IMG/VR virus record: IMGVR_UViG_3300017991_000003
Span: 1 to 64,000 of that record
DNA from: a virus
DNA: 64,000 bases
Direction: 5' to 3' (one strand)
Shown piece by piece: positions 47,209 through 56,046 of the stretch (within the stretch, counting starts at the first letter, position 1; each line of letters starts with the position of its first letter). Position numbers and translations under genes: made by a program. The notes under the pieces are model-generated. The model had not been told where the DNA came from. It was given only the letters and a program-made list of their open reading frames with translations, and did no database searches.

Positions 47209-47609
47209 TCACGCCCCCCGGCTCCTCGGCCGCGGTTACGGATGGCCCGCTGAATGGCCTCTCGCCGGCTCGGCGGGATCTTGTGCAGGGGGAGCTCGAC
47301 CGGAGCTTCGGGGACCTTCTGGAAGGGCAGGTCACCGAAGATCTTGATCAGGGATCCAAGAACGTCTTGAGCATTCATCGTGTCGAGACGCCCATCGACC
47401 ATGGAGATCGGCAGCTCGAAGGTCATCGGCTGATCGAACGGGGTCAAGTAGTGCATTCGGAGCCCCATGTGCTCCTCATCACCTTCGGGGGCGATGTTCG
47501 TCACGTGACACCAGATGAACCAGCCGGTCACGTGGATACCGGAGGCGCCGAATCGAATGTCCTTGGAGCTGAAGGTCCAGAAAGGCTTAGGAGCGTTGGG
47601 GTTATCCAT
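47205..47609 (-). CDS. hypothetical protein (134 aa)
   Basis: ATGA overlap with RuvC-like gene. Confidence 0.5.
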   Translation of the reverse strand: MDNPNAPKPFWTFSSKDIRFGASGIHVTGWFIWCHVTNIAPEGDEEHMGLRMHYLTPFDQPMTFELPISMVDGRLDTMNAQDVLGSLIKIFGDLPFQKVPEAPVELPLHKIPPSRREAIQRAIRNRGRGAGGRE

Positions 47610-47611
47610 AG

Positions 47612-47654
47612 CTAAAAGAGAGGAAGGGGCGAGGCCGGCACCCCGAAGGGCGCC
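47612..47654 (-). terminator. terminator-like hairpin plus U-tract on - strand
   Basis: GGCaCCC-CGAA-GGGcGCC stem (47636..47654), then TCTCTTTTAGC on - strand; shares AGCTAAAAG with the 43105 terminator. Confidence 0.4.
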
Positions 47655-47668
47655 GACCTCTGGGGGAC

Positions 47669-49387
47669 TCAGATGATCGCGTTCCAGTCGACGATGACAC
47701 CGGCCTCGTCGAGCAAGTCGTAGAACCAGGTCACGACGTGGACGTAAGCACCTAGCGGGTCCTTGGGGTGGCGCTTCTGGGCCTCCTCGCGCTTGGCACC
47801 GAACTCGTCGGTCTTGGCCAGCTTGTGCTTCTTGCAGGTCTGGCCGAGCAGGCTGAGCAGGGCACGCTGCTGAGTGGAGTTGAGCTTCGAGTAGTCAGGG
47901 CGCACGTTCTCGTCGAACGGCTCCTCTTCTTCCTCTTCTTCCTCTTCCTCCTCCTCGCCAGGCTCCTCCTCGTCCTCCTCCTCAAGATCGTCGAGCTCCT
48001 CATCGCTGGGCTCTTCTTCGTCGAGGTCCTCCTCGTCGAGCTCCTCGTCTTCTTCCTCGTCAGGCTCCTCCTCGTCGAGGTCCTCGTCTTCTTCCTCCTC
48101 CTCGTCGAGGTCCTCCTCGTCGTCTAGCTCCTCCTCGAGCTCTTCTTCTTCGAGCTCCTCGAGCTCCTCGAGCTCCTCCTCTTCTTCCTCCACATCAGGG
48201 GCGGAGGCAGCAACCGGAGCCTCCCGCTTGCCGATCATGTCGTCAGGCGGGATAGGGGTGTGAAGAGGGCCGGAGACAGCGATAGGGAACGCGCGGATCG
48301 TGTCCTCGGGAACGCCGAGCGTATCCGCGGCCTCCGCGAGGCTGGTGGCCAGCACGTAGCGCAGCGTGTCGGAGCCGTCCTCGTCTTGGCTGTAGGCCTG
48401 GTACACGGCATGGACCGACGGGAGCCCGATATGCTCTTGCATGTAGTTGGGGTCACCATCGGGCGCGACGAAGACAGCGCTGACGCCCGGGCAGCAACGC
48501 TCAGCCGCTTCTTTGAGGCGCATCAGGCCCACGGCCCGCCACGCATCGTCAGCGCCTTCGGTCAGGTGCGAGGACGCGGCCACGAGGGCCTCGATCATCA
48601 CATCACCGTCGGTCGGCCAGCGGTCAGAGTCGTCAGTACCGGACGCGGCCCGCTTGAGCAGCTCCTGGTAGGAGTAGTAGAGGTCCAGCTGCGGCTGGGT
48701 GAGTCGGAGCTTGAGCTCGCGGTACTTGGCCTCGCCGGGCTCGAGCCCCTCGTCCTCCTCGTCGTTCATGTCCTGGATCGCCTGCTGCACCCGGCGCTTG
48801 AGGTCTGCGGAGCGCAGCGCGTGCGGGTGACCCAGGGGCTCGCAGAAGGGCAGCCACTCGGAGATGTTGTCCTCGTGGATAGCGCCGGCGCGGACGCCCG
48901 GGCTCAGCTCGACAAGCCGGTCCCAGACCACGTGGCGCAGGACGGCGGGGTTCAGGCTCAGCGACAGCAGCATGGCCCACTGGCCTGCTAGCTGGTTGGC
49001 CTTGGCCGGGTTCATGTTGAGCCGCATGTCCGCGACCTGCTCGAAGCTCTCGGCGGCCGGCAGATCACCGACAGGAGCCGCGACCTCGATCCACGCACCT
49101 TCTCGCAGGTTGAACAGGTGGCAGGCCAGCTCAGCAGTCTGAGCGCCTCGGGCCTGCTGGAGCTCGACACACCGGTCCAGACGCTTGATCGCCGGGAGCT
49201 TGCCGGTGCCGGCGAAGGGGGCTCGCTGCCCCTGTAGGAGGTTCTGGGTTGCGTACTCGGCGCGCTCTTGAGCCTCTTCGAGGGCCACCAGTGCGGCGTT
49301 CTCGGAGCCCGGCTGCGGTTGGGTAGTCGGCGCAGCAGCCGCTTTCTTCTTCGTGGCCTTCTTGGCGGCCTTCTTTTTCTTAGCCAT
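47669..49387 (-). CDS. protein with Lys-rich N-terminal tail and ~100-residue poly-acidic (E/D/L) C-terminal tract
   Basis: ATG at 49387 (MAKKKKAAKKATKKKAAAA); acidic tract encoded at about 47910..48195. Confidence 0.6.
   Translation of the reverse strand: MAKKKKAAKKATKKKAAAAPTTQPQPGSENAALVALEEAQERAEYATQNLLQGQRAPFAGTGKLPAIKRLDRCVELQQARGAQTAELACHLFNLREGAWIEVAAPVGDLPAAESFEQVADMRLNMNPAKANQLAGQWAMLLSLSLNPAVLRHVVWDRLVELSPGVRAGAIHEDNISEWLPFCEPLGHPHALRSADLKRRVQQAIQDMNDEEDEGLEPGEAKYRELKLRLTQPQLDLYYSYQELLKRAASGTDDSDRWPTDGDVMIEALVAASSHLTEGADDAWRAVGLMRLKEAAERCCPGVSAVFVAPDGDPNYMQEHIGLPSVHAVYQAYSQDEDGSDTLRYVLATSLAEAADTLGVPEDTIRAFPIAVSGPLHTPIPPDDMIGKREAPVAASAPDVEEEEEELEELEELEEEELEEELDDEEDLDEEEEEDEDLDEEEPDEEEDEELDEEDLDEEEPSDEELDDLEEEDEEEPGEEEEEEEEEEEEPFDENVRPDYSKLNSTQQRALLSLLGQTCKKHKLAKTDEFGAKREEAQKRHPKDPLGAYVHVVTWFYDLLDEAGVIVDWNAII
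47910..48195. repeat. GAG/CTC-type low-complexity coding repeat (poly-Glu/Asp/Leu)
   Basis: Repeated CCTCGTCGAGGTCCTC units on + strand. Confidence 0.7.
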
Positions 49388-50429
49388 GGGCGGGGGTCTT
49401 CTTCTTCTTGGTTCTTTTGTAGGGGAAGCAGTCAAGGCGGTTGCGGCATCGCTTGGCCTTGGCGGTGTTGCGGCTAGAGCAGGCCTTCGGGCCAGCTAGG
49501 GGCTGTCCAAGCTCTACGAGGCGATGGACAGAGTCGATGTAGGGGTCGACGACCATGGGCAGGAAGTCGGGGTCATAGGCGATCTCGTAGGCCCGGTCGG
49601 CAAGTCGGTCCCTGTCAAGATATAGCAACGAAGTGCCCTCACAGAGGTCAGGATCTAGCGGAAAGATTCCTTGACGCCCCTGCTCGACCAAGATGGCCGG
49701 GTAGAGCTTGCCTTGGTAGGTGTCCTTCTCCAGAGGGAGCGGGCCCTGCCGGGGCTTGAGCACGAAGGTTCCGGGCTCTTTGCCCCGGACGCGCGACATA
49801 CTGTCGAACTGGTCCCGCTCCTTGCTCTTCATCTCCAGCACTCGCCAGTGCCCGGTGGGCTTGATCCAGATACCGTCAGCACGGCCGCGGATCATCCACG
49901 CGTCACCGCGATTCTTGGGGTCGGGCCGACGAATGCGGATCTCCTCGTAGCGCCATCTGACACGCTCCCGGGCTAGGACCCGATCGCAGTTGTTCTCGTG
50001 GACTACCCCATCCGCATCACGGTAGGCGACGGTGTTGGTGCACACCTCCTCGGGCCTGAACCCTTCGACGACCTGGTGACAGCTCATACACCTCCACAGG
50101 CCCCAGAGGCGCCCGACGTCGCCTGTGATCTCAGGTAGGATCACGGACTGGAAGTGGTCATGAACAGCGTGCCCAGCTGCGAACAAGCGTAGCGCCTGGG
50201 GACTAAAGCCCTGAGCGTCGCCCCACATATCGTGGAGGCGCTTGAAAGCGTCTTGGACCATACACCCGTTGCAGAGGCTGCTTGGGTTGAAGGCTCTGGA
50301 GACATACCCCTCACGCTCTTCTCGACGGAGAAGCGCCTGGTCGATGGCCGGCGTCCAAGACTGATCGGCCTCGACCCTCGTCGTCATCTTGCAGATGAAG
50401 TCGACGATGTCTTGTGTGAAGGTGTTCAC
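49380..50429 (-). CDS. putative PD-(D/E)xK nuclease with Cys cluster
   Basis: GRADGIWI...WRVLEMKSK (D...E-x-K); CNGC and CMSC upstream. Confidence 0.35.
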   Translation of the reverse strand: MNTFTQDIVDFICKMTTRVEADQSWTPAIDQALLRREEREGYVSRAFNPSSLCNGCMVQDAFKRLHDMWGDAQGFSPQALRLFAAGHAVHDHFQSVILPEITGDVGRLWGLWRCMSCHQVVEGFRPEEVCTNTVAYRDADGVVHENNCDRVLARERVRWRYEEIRIRRPDPKNRGDAWMIRGRADGIWIKPTGHWRVLEMKSKERDQFDSMSRVRGKEPGTFVLKPRQGPLPLEKDTYQGKLYPAILVEQGRQGIFPLDPDLCEGTSLLYLDRDRLADRAYEIAYDPDFLPMVVDPYIDSVHRLVELGQPLAGPKACSSRNTAKAKRCRNRLDCFPYKRTKKKKTPAHG

Positions 50430-50430
50430 G

Positions 50431-50667
50431 CTACTCCTCGTTGAGTCCCTCAGGTGCCCAACTGAACGCGCCTCGGATCTCCCGAGGGGTTGCAGCTTCT
50501 TTCAAGTTGCCGATCTCGGCTACACCCACACGGTCCTCCTCAGGCTGCTCCTTGCCCGGGTCGGCGAGGAGGACTACGTTACCTGAGGGCGATACGAAGA
50601 TGTGGTACGGCTGCTCCGGTTGATCGGCGTAGGCGGCCGCGACCTTGGCGATTAGCTCTTGTTCCAT
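50431..50667 (-). CDS. hypothetical small protein
   Basis: 78 aa ORF between two genes. Confidence 0.4.
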   Translation of the reverse strand: MEQELIAKVAAAYADQPEQPYHIFVSPSGNVVLLADPGKEQPEEDRVGVAEIGNLKEAATPREIRGAFSWAPEGLNEE

Positions 50668-51395
50668 GCGTAGTGTCTCTGTAGGTGGATGAAGGCGAGG
50701 GCTGCGGCTTCGGCAGCGTCGTACTCTTTGTCGATGTACAACCAGTTCTTGAAGCGGTTGTTGAAGGCTTGTCGATCCGGGTTTGACATGGCCCGCGCCA
50801 TCTCGGCCTCAAGCCTCGGGTCCCGAGCGGTCGGATCTAGGTTGTCGCGGCCAGGGCCTAGTAGCCCCTCCAAAGCTATGTAGAGGTGCCTCACGTGCCG
50901 GTGCTGCCCTAGGTCTGTGAAGTGGTCCTCAGGGCCTTGGTGCCCGTGAGATCCGGTCATCACGATCACCTGATCGAAGGACTCGTCTACCAAGGATCTG
51001 TAGGCCGTCCAGATGGCGCGAACCATGGTAGGGCCTCCTTTCATGAACCCTTGATAGATCAACGTGGTCAAGATTGATCGGTCGCGCAGAGCAACAGGGA
51101 TCTCACCTCCAGCTGATACAAACCCGGCCCACTCCTGCACCTGCACCGCTGTCTGTGCCATCCCTGCGATGAACAGAGCGGCGCTGGCCTGAGTACAAGG
51201 GATCTGCGACTCACCCGTACCCCCCGTCGCCTGGCCGTGGAGCACTAGCTCCCGGAGGCCTTGGATGCTATCCCCCGGTTCCCGGAAGACTCGAGCCTTC
51301 CACCCCCCGACGTTGTTGTTGATGTCGTCGCAGAGGGATTGAGCTAGGGTGCTCTTCCCGCTGCCGTCAGGGCCTTCGAGGATGATCTGGTGCAT
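50652..51395 (-). CDS. dTMP/dNMP kinase-like P-loop kinase
   Basis: N-terminal ILEGPDGSGKSTLA matches thymidylate-kinase-type P-loop. Confidence 0.45.
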   Translation of the reverse strand: MHQIILEGPDGSGKSTLAQSLCDDINNNVGGWKARVFREPGDSIQGLRELVLHGQATGGTGESQIPCTQASAALFIAGMAQTAVQVQEWAGFVSAGGEIPVALRDRSILTTLIYQGFMKGGPTMVRAIWTAYRSLVDESFDQVIVMTGSHGHQGPEDHFTDLGQHRHVRHLYIALEGLLGPGRDNLDPTARDPRLEAEMARAMSNPDRQAFNNRFKNWLYIDKEYDAAEAAALAFIHLQRHYAWNKS

Positions 51396-51952
51396 CAGGT
51401 GGTCTGGGCGATTACGCGTTGGAGAAGGGAGCCATGAGTCACGACCAGCTCGTGCTTGGCGGTCAGGGGATCCAGCTTGGCCTTGAAGGTCAAGCCAAGG
51501 GACCCGAGCATCCCAGTGCGCTGTCGCTCCAAGTCCTCTTGGATGACCTCTACGGGGATGCGGGTCTCCTTGGTGGTGATGTCGAAGTACCGAAACGGCC
51601 CGTCAACGAACTGCTCGAGCTCCTCAGTCATGGGCATGATCAGGAGATCAGCGGGGAAACCCTCAAACACGCGATACGTGTTGTGGTCCGTGAAGTGGTA
51701 GGCGAGGGCGATGTTCGGGCGCGCTAGCTTGCGCGCGTCTTGCACCGCCTTCTCCCACCACCGAGGCTGGAACCGGAAGTCGGTCCCTGTTCTCGACTTG
51801 GCCTCGACAAACCACCCGTAAGGGGTGCCGAGGTCTCCTCGGAAGAACGAGCCGCAGCCAGATCCGGGGACCCGCTGCAAGCCGGTCTCTCGCATCAGGC
51901 GAAGCTCGTGCGCGTCACCCGTCCTCTTGTTCGAGGCCGGCCTCGAGCGCAT
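51395..51952 (-). CDS. hypothetical protein, possible PD-(D/E)xK-type nuclease
   Basis: GDLGTPYGWFVEAKSR motif; start uncertain (51952 or 51895; track ORF to 52075 overlaps RecA-like gene). Confidence 0.3.
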   Translation of the reverse strand: MRSRPASNKRTGDAHELRLMRETGLQRVPGSGCGSFFRGDLGTPYGWFVEAKSRTGTDFRFQPRWWEKAVQDARKLARPNIALAYHFTDHNTYRVFEGFPADLLIMPMTEELEQFVDGPFRYFDITTKETRIPVEVIQEDLERQRTGMLGSLGLTFKAKLDPLTAKHELVVTHGSLLQRVIAQTT

Positions 51953-53525
51953 CGAGGGGGTCACCTCCCTCTGCTTCTTCTGAATCTTCGGCAGCCCCAG
52001 CGGCTGGCTGATGTCCTTTGAGTCGGTCATGGGCTTCGTGAATGAGATCCTGGAGAGGGTCGTCGAAAGGCCCATAGAGATGGGCCTCTGCGTCGAGGTG
52101 GCCTCGGAAGGTCCGCGGCATGATTGCGGCAGCCAGCGGATAGCGCAGGCGATAACCGATGTCGGGCCGGCTCAGGAAGGCCTTGATGTCCGCGATCTTG
52201 GTGAAGGTGCGGCCGAGGATCTCATACCCCCGCGAGGTCTTCTTGAACCACCTGTCATCAGGCGGCAGCTCCCAAGCGCCCTCAGATAGGGCTTTCAGGA
52301 GCTCAAACACGCGCGCACCCTCGTCGGTCTCGCCGGCTTCGTAGTGGACACGGTCAAACAGACGATCCTTGAGGAACAGCCGAGCCTGGGCGCTAGCGTT
52401 GGTGCCGCCCCCGGACGCCTTGTCCTTCTTCATCGTCATCGTCATCTCCGCCATGGCGGCGGGCTCACGGTAGCCGCCGTCCCACGGGTTGTAGCGGGTG
52501 CGGATCTCCATGTTCTGCATGAGCGCGTACTTGAGGGCGTTACCGCCCGACGCGATCTTGGAGGGACCGCCGTAGCCCCCGGGGCCCGACTGGATGTTGG
52601 CGCGCCACTGGTTGGTCTGGATGAACGTGGGCATCACGCCCGACTGGTTCCAGGCCTCGTTTTGCGCGCTGATCAGCTTCGGGTACAGGCGGGACAGCTC
52701 ACGAGCCCGGGACGCGGTCTGCTTACGACCCGCCAGGTCCTCGTCAATCGCAGCCATGGCCACACTGTCGAGGATGATCAGATCGGCAGCGCCGTTCTTG
52801 ATCAGGTGGGAAGAGAGGATCTCGACCTGGTTCAAGGACGTGATGCGGGCCACAGCTACTGTCGAATCCGGGCTGATGAGTAGGCCCTCTTCGACCTCCT
52901 CGTACTCAGCCATCGGATCGCTCATGTCCACACGATCCGCGATCTTGAACCCCCAGGACTGTGCCCATAGCGGGTCGAAGTCACCCTCGACATCGATGAA
53001 GAGGACGGTCGACACATCGTTGGCACCGCAGCCGCAGCGGATCACGTTATCCCGCTCACCCAGGTCATCATGGAAGGTGAGGATCGGAGTCATGCAGCGC
53101 CGGCAAGTGCGCTGGAAGGAGCCGGCCAGTAGGTAGCACATGAGCGACTTGCCCACATGCTCCGGGCCAATGATCTGCGTCCGGGTGCCGATGGCCATGC
53201 GGATGTTCATGTCCATCTCGACCAGTCCCGTGAACAGGAGCCGGCGGCGGAACTCAGCTGCGGCCTGCGTCGCTCGCCAAGAACCCGTGGGCTGCTTGTT
53301 GAGCTCGACTGTCGCAGACTTCATCCCGTCGCTGAACCGAGCGCTGGTGCGTGTGTCGCGCGGGCTCTTCACTCCGGCCGTCAGCGCCCGCTTCGGAGCG
53401 TCGTCCTTGGCTGCGGCCTTCTTGGTCCGCTTCTTGGCCTTCTTCTTGGTCGCCTTCTTCTTGGTGGCCTTCTTGGTCACCTTCTTTGTGGCTTTTTTGG
53501 CGACCTTCTTCTTCTTGGCCGCCAT
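51915..53525 (-). CDS. RecA/UvsX-family recombinase with Lys-rich N-tail and Cys-cluster insertion
   Basis: KKKKVAKKATKK tail; Walker A GPEHVGKS; LIILDSVAMAAIDEDL (cf. RecA IVVDSVAAL); CRRC...CGC; acidic C-terminus. Confidence 0.5.
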   Translation of the reverse strand: MAAKKKKVAKKATKKVTKKATKKKATKKKAKKRTKKAAAKDDAPKRALTAGVKSPRDTRTSARFSDGMKSATVELNKQPTGSWRATQAAAEFRRRLLFTGLVEMDMNIRMAIGTRTQIIGPEHVGKSLMCYLLAGSFQRTCRRCMTPILTFHDDLGERDNVIRCGCGANDVSTVLFIDVEGDFDPLWAQSWGFKIADRVDMSDPMAEYEEVEEGLLISPDSTVAVARITSLNQVEILSSHLIKNGAADLIILDSVAMAAIDEDLAGRKQTASRARELSRLYPKLISAQNEAWNQSGVMPTFIQTNQWRANIQSGPGGYGGPSKIASGGNALKYALMQNMEIRTRYNPWDGGYREPAAMAEMTMTMKKDKASGGGTNASAQARLFLKDRLFDRVHYEAGETDEGARVFELLKALSEGAWELPPDDRWFKKTSRGYEILGRTFTKIADIKAFLSRPDIGYRLRYPLAAAIMPRTFRGHLDAEAHLYGPFDDPLQDLIHEAHDRLKGHQPAAGAAEDSEEAEGGDPLDALEAGLEQEDG

Positions 53526-53953
53526 CAGGCTCCTTCGTCAGCCCCCTCAGTGAGCTGCTCGGTGTGGAACAGCGGGTCCTTGCCGACCGACTGTAGGACG
53601 CGGTTGAAGATGTCGCGGTTGGCCACGACGCAGCGGTGCTGGAACTCCTCGACGATGCCCTCCATGTTCTCGGCAATCTCTTCCCGGGAAGCAGGCACGT
53701 TCACGGTGACGTGAACCTCATGGCTCGAGTAGGCGCCGTAGACCTCGGAGATGCGGGCGTGGTGGCCGACCGAGATCGATCCGACATTAGCGGGGTTGGT
53801 CATGATGTGGCGGGTGTCGATGATGTGGGTGTTGCTATAGCGGAGGACGTACTTGGTGCGTCCTCGCGGGATGGCTCGAATCGTCACCTCGAGGGTGACC
53901 GGGCGGGCTGTGATCTCACAGCCCTGGATAGTCGATGACATGGCAGCGGGCAT
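53525..53953 (-). CDS. hypothetical protein (142 aa)
   Basis: ATGA-type coupling with neighbours. Confidence 0.5.
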   Translation of the reverse strand: MPAAMSSTIQGCEITARPVTLEVTIRAIPRGRTKYVLRYSNTHIIDTRHIMTNPANVGSISVGHHARISEVYGAYSSHEVHVTVNVPASREEIAENMEGIVEEFQHRCVVANRDIFNRVLQSVGKDPLFHTEQLTEGADEGA

Positions 53954-55379
53954 CCTTGTAGGAGGCTAGCCGGCGGCGCCCGAGCGCGGCCAGAACGGGG
54001 GAGTTGGTGTGGACCGGGTCCACCACGATCGGGACCGGCTTCCCGTCGACCTCTCGCTCGATACGCCCTCGGGTCTGGCGAACATCACGACGGGGAGAGG
54101 CGAGTACAGCGGCATCCTTCCATGGTACATCAAGGGCCTTGTCAGCAATGCCGTAAGTGCAGAAGGTGACCGGCTTGTCGAGGGAGGCGTCCCGGCCGAC
54201 GCGCCCAACCTTGGCATGCTTACCGAAGAACAACCCGCTCGAGCCCGGATGCCGGGCTTCCCATAGCTCGTGCAGGTGGATGAGCTGCTTCTGGAACTGG
54301 CCGAATACCATGACCTGACGCCCCTTTTGGAACAGGTGGCCGACGATGTTAACCAACCAGGCTGAGTACGCAGGGTCAGCGATGACCGTCTGAATGTAGG
54401 CCGTGTAGTTGTGCTTGTCCTTCCAGGCGACGTCCGGGGGAGTCACCATCGGGTTGAGCGGGGGCCGGCCCGGGCAGCTAGTGGGAAAGCCGGCGAAGTC
54501 CGGGCACTCACGGCATCCTGCGAGTGTTGTCATCCCGACCTTCGCCTTGCACCACGCCATCCGGTAGTCGTCGTACTCGACGAGGGTCGTAACTGGGTAG
54601 CGGTAGATCGTGGCAGGGACCAGCTTGGCCGCGGCTTCGACCACGTGGTTACCCAGCGCCGCCTTGAACACCCACTCGAGCCCATCCCGGCGATCCGGGG
54701 TGGCGGTCAGGGCGATGCTCCAGGTGAAGGCTAGGTTCGTGAGGCTGCCGAAAAAGCAAGGTGCTGAGAACACATGCGCCTCGTCGACGAGGAGCATGTC
54801 GAGTTCCATCGGGTCTTCGGCCCACTCTTGTCGCCAGAGGCTCTGACCGACCATGATCGTGAACCGAGCTCGCGTGTCTCGACGCATCTGCCCGTGGCCT
54901 CCGCCGAGGATCTCGACGGTGGCCTCGGGCAGGAAGCGCTCGATCGCACCTTTCCACTGCTCGGCGATGTCGACCTGATCGACCAGCACGCCGACCCGCG
55001 CCGCTTGCAACGCGTCAGCGCAGTAGAGGCCCATGACTGTCTTGCCAGTGCCGCAATCAGCCCGCAGAAGCAGCCCCTCCTTGCGAGGCAGCTCATGTAG
55101 GATCTCACTGACCGGCGTCTTCTGGTTGTCTCTCAGCTCGCCCTTGAACTGCCGCTGTGGGTGCTCTTGGATCGGAGCCCGAGCCGGCAGCGCTCGGGTG
55201 AAGTTCTCTAGCCAGAAGCGAGGTACAAGCAGGGAGCCGTCACTGAACTCATGCCACAACGGGAAGGGCTCTCGATCTCCTTCAGGGCGCGCGATAAGGT
55301 CTTGGTCCCGATCAAAGGGCCACAAGGCAGGATCGCCGAGGATCTCGGCAGGGACGTGGACGAGGCCGCGTAGTTTCAT
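53916..55379 (-). CDS. superfamily-2 DEAH-box helicase
   Basis: Motif I ADCGTGKT, motif II LLVDEAHVF, C-terminal helicase-like region. Confidence 0.65.
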   Translation of the reverse strand: MKLRGLVHVPAEILGDPALWPFDRDQDLIARPEGDREPFPLWHEFSDGSLLVPRFWLENFTRALPARAPIQEHPQRQFKGELRDNQKTPVSEILHELPRKEGLLLRADCGTGKTVMGLYCADALQAARVGVLVDQVDIAEQWKGAIERFLPEATVEILGGGHGQMRRDTRARFTIMVGQSLWRQEWAEDPMELDMLLVDEAHVFSAPCFFGSLTNLAFTWSIALTATPDRRDGLEWVFKAALGNHVVEAAAKLVPATIYRYPVTTLVEYDDYRMAWCKAKVGMTTLAGCRECPDFAGFPTSCPGRPPLNPMVTPPDVAWKDKHNYTAYIQTVIADPAYSAWLVNIVGHLFQKGRQVMVFGQFQKQLIHLHELWEARHPGSSGLFFGKHAKVGRVGRDASLDKPVTFCTYGIADKALDVPWKDAAVLASPRRDVRQTRGRIEREVDGKPVPIVVDPVHTNSPVLAALGRRRLASYKDARCHVIDYPGL

Positions 55380-55396
55380 GGCATTGGTAGGGGGTG

Positions 55397-55804
55397 TCAG
55401 TAAACAGTGGTCAGGATCGGGGTAGCCATCGACAAGTCAAAGACCCAGGTCATCTCCAGGTACCGGTGCTTGGCCATAGGTCTTCCGTGATGGTTGTGCT
55501 GCGCAGGCTTGGTCTGTTCAACAGCCTCCAGAGCCGTTCGGCAAAGCCAGGTATGGAGCCCCTCATTCGTCTCTTCGTCGCGGTGCTTGAGGAACACGTC
55601 AAGGCAGCGGATCGATGCTCGATCCACCGCGTGGGCGGTGACTTCAAGGCTTGTGGCCTGCATCAACATGCCGCGCCGCTTCAGTTCTTCAGCAGCGTCT
55701 TTCGCTTGATCGTGCTCTACACGCACCATCCAGCGCAGGTACCCAGGCGGTACACGTGTGATCGGCTCACCTGTATGTTTTCCGCGTTGCATCACAACCG
55801 CCAT
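55397..55804 (-). CDS. hypothetical protein (135 aa)
   Basis: ORF. Confidence 0.45.
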   Translation of the reverse strand: MAVVMQRGKHTGEPITRVPPGYLRWMVRVEHDQAKDAAEELKRRGMLMQATSLEVTAHAVDRASIRCLDVFLKHRDEETNEGLHTWLCRTALEAVEQTKPAQHNHHGRPMAKHRYLEMTWVFDLSMATPILTTVY

Positions 55805-56046
55805 GGCTCACAGCCCTCCTCGTCGGCCAGGAGACGCGCTAGCGCCTCGTCCTTGGTGTAATCCTTTGGCCACTCTCTGACTTCCACTGTAGGGTTGCGG
55901 AGACCGGCGCTAAGGCTTTGAAGATCCTTCCCCAGCCGGCGGAGGACCCCATCGAAGAGGTCCTCCTCTGGCTCGAGGAAGATGCGGGGAAGTTCGATGT
56001 AGGAGTCGAACCCCTCTGCACAGACTCGGACGTCAATACCCCTCAC
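55792..56046 (-). CDS. hypothetical protein (84 aa)
   Basis: ORF overlapping neighbours by a few nt. Confidence 0.4.
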   Translation of the reverse strand: MRGIDVRVCAEGFDSYIELPRIFLEPEEDLFDGVLRRLGKDLQSLSAGLRNPTVEVREWPKDYTKDEALARLLADEEGCEPWRL

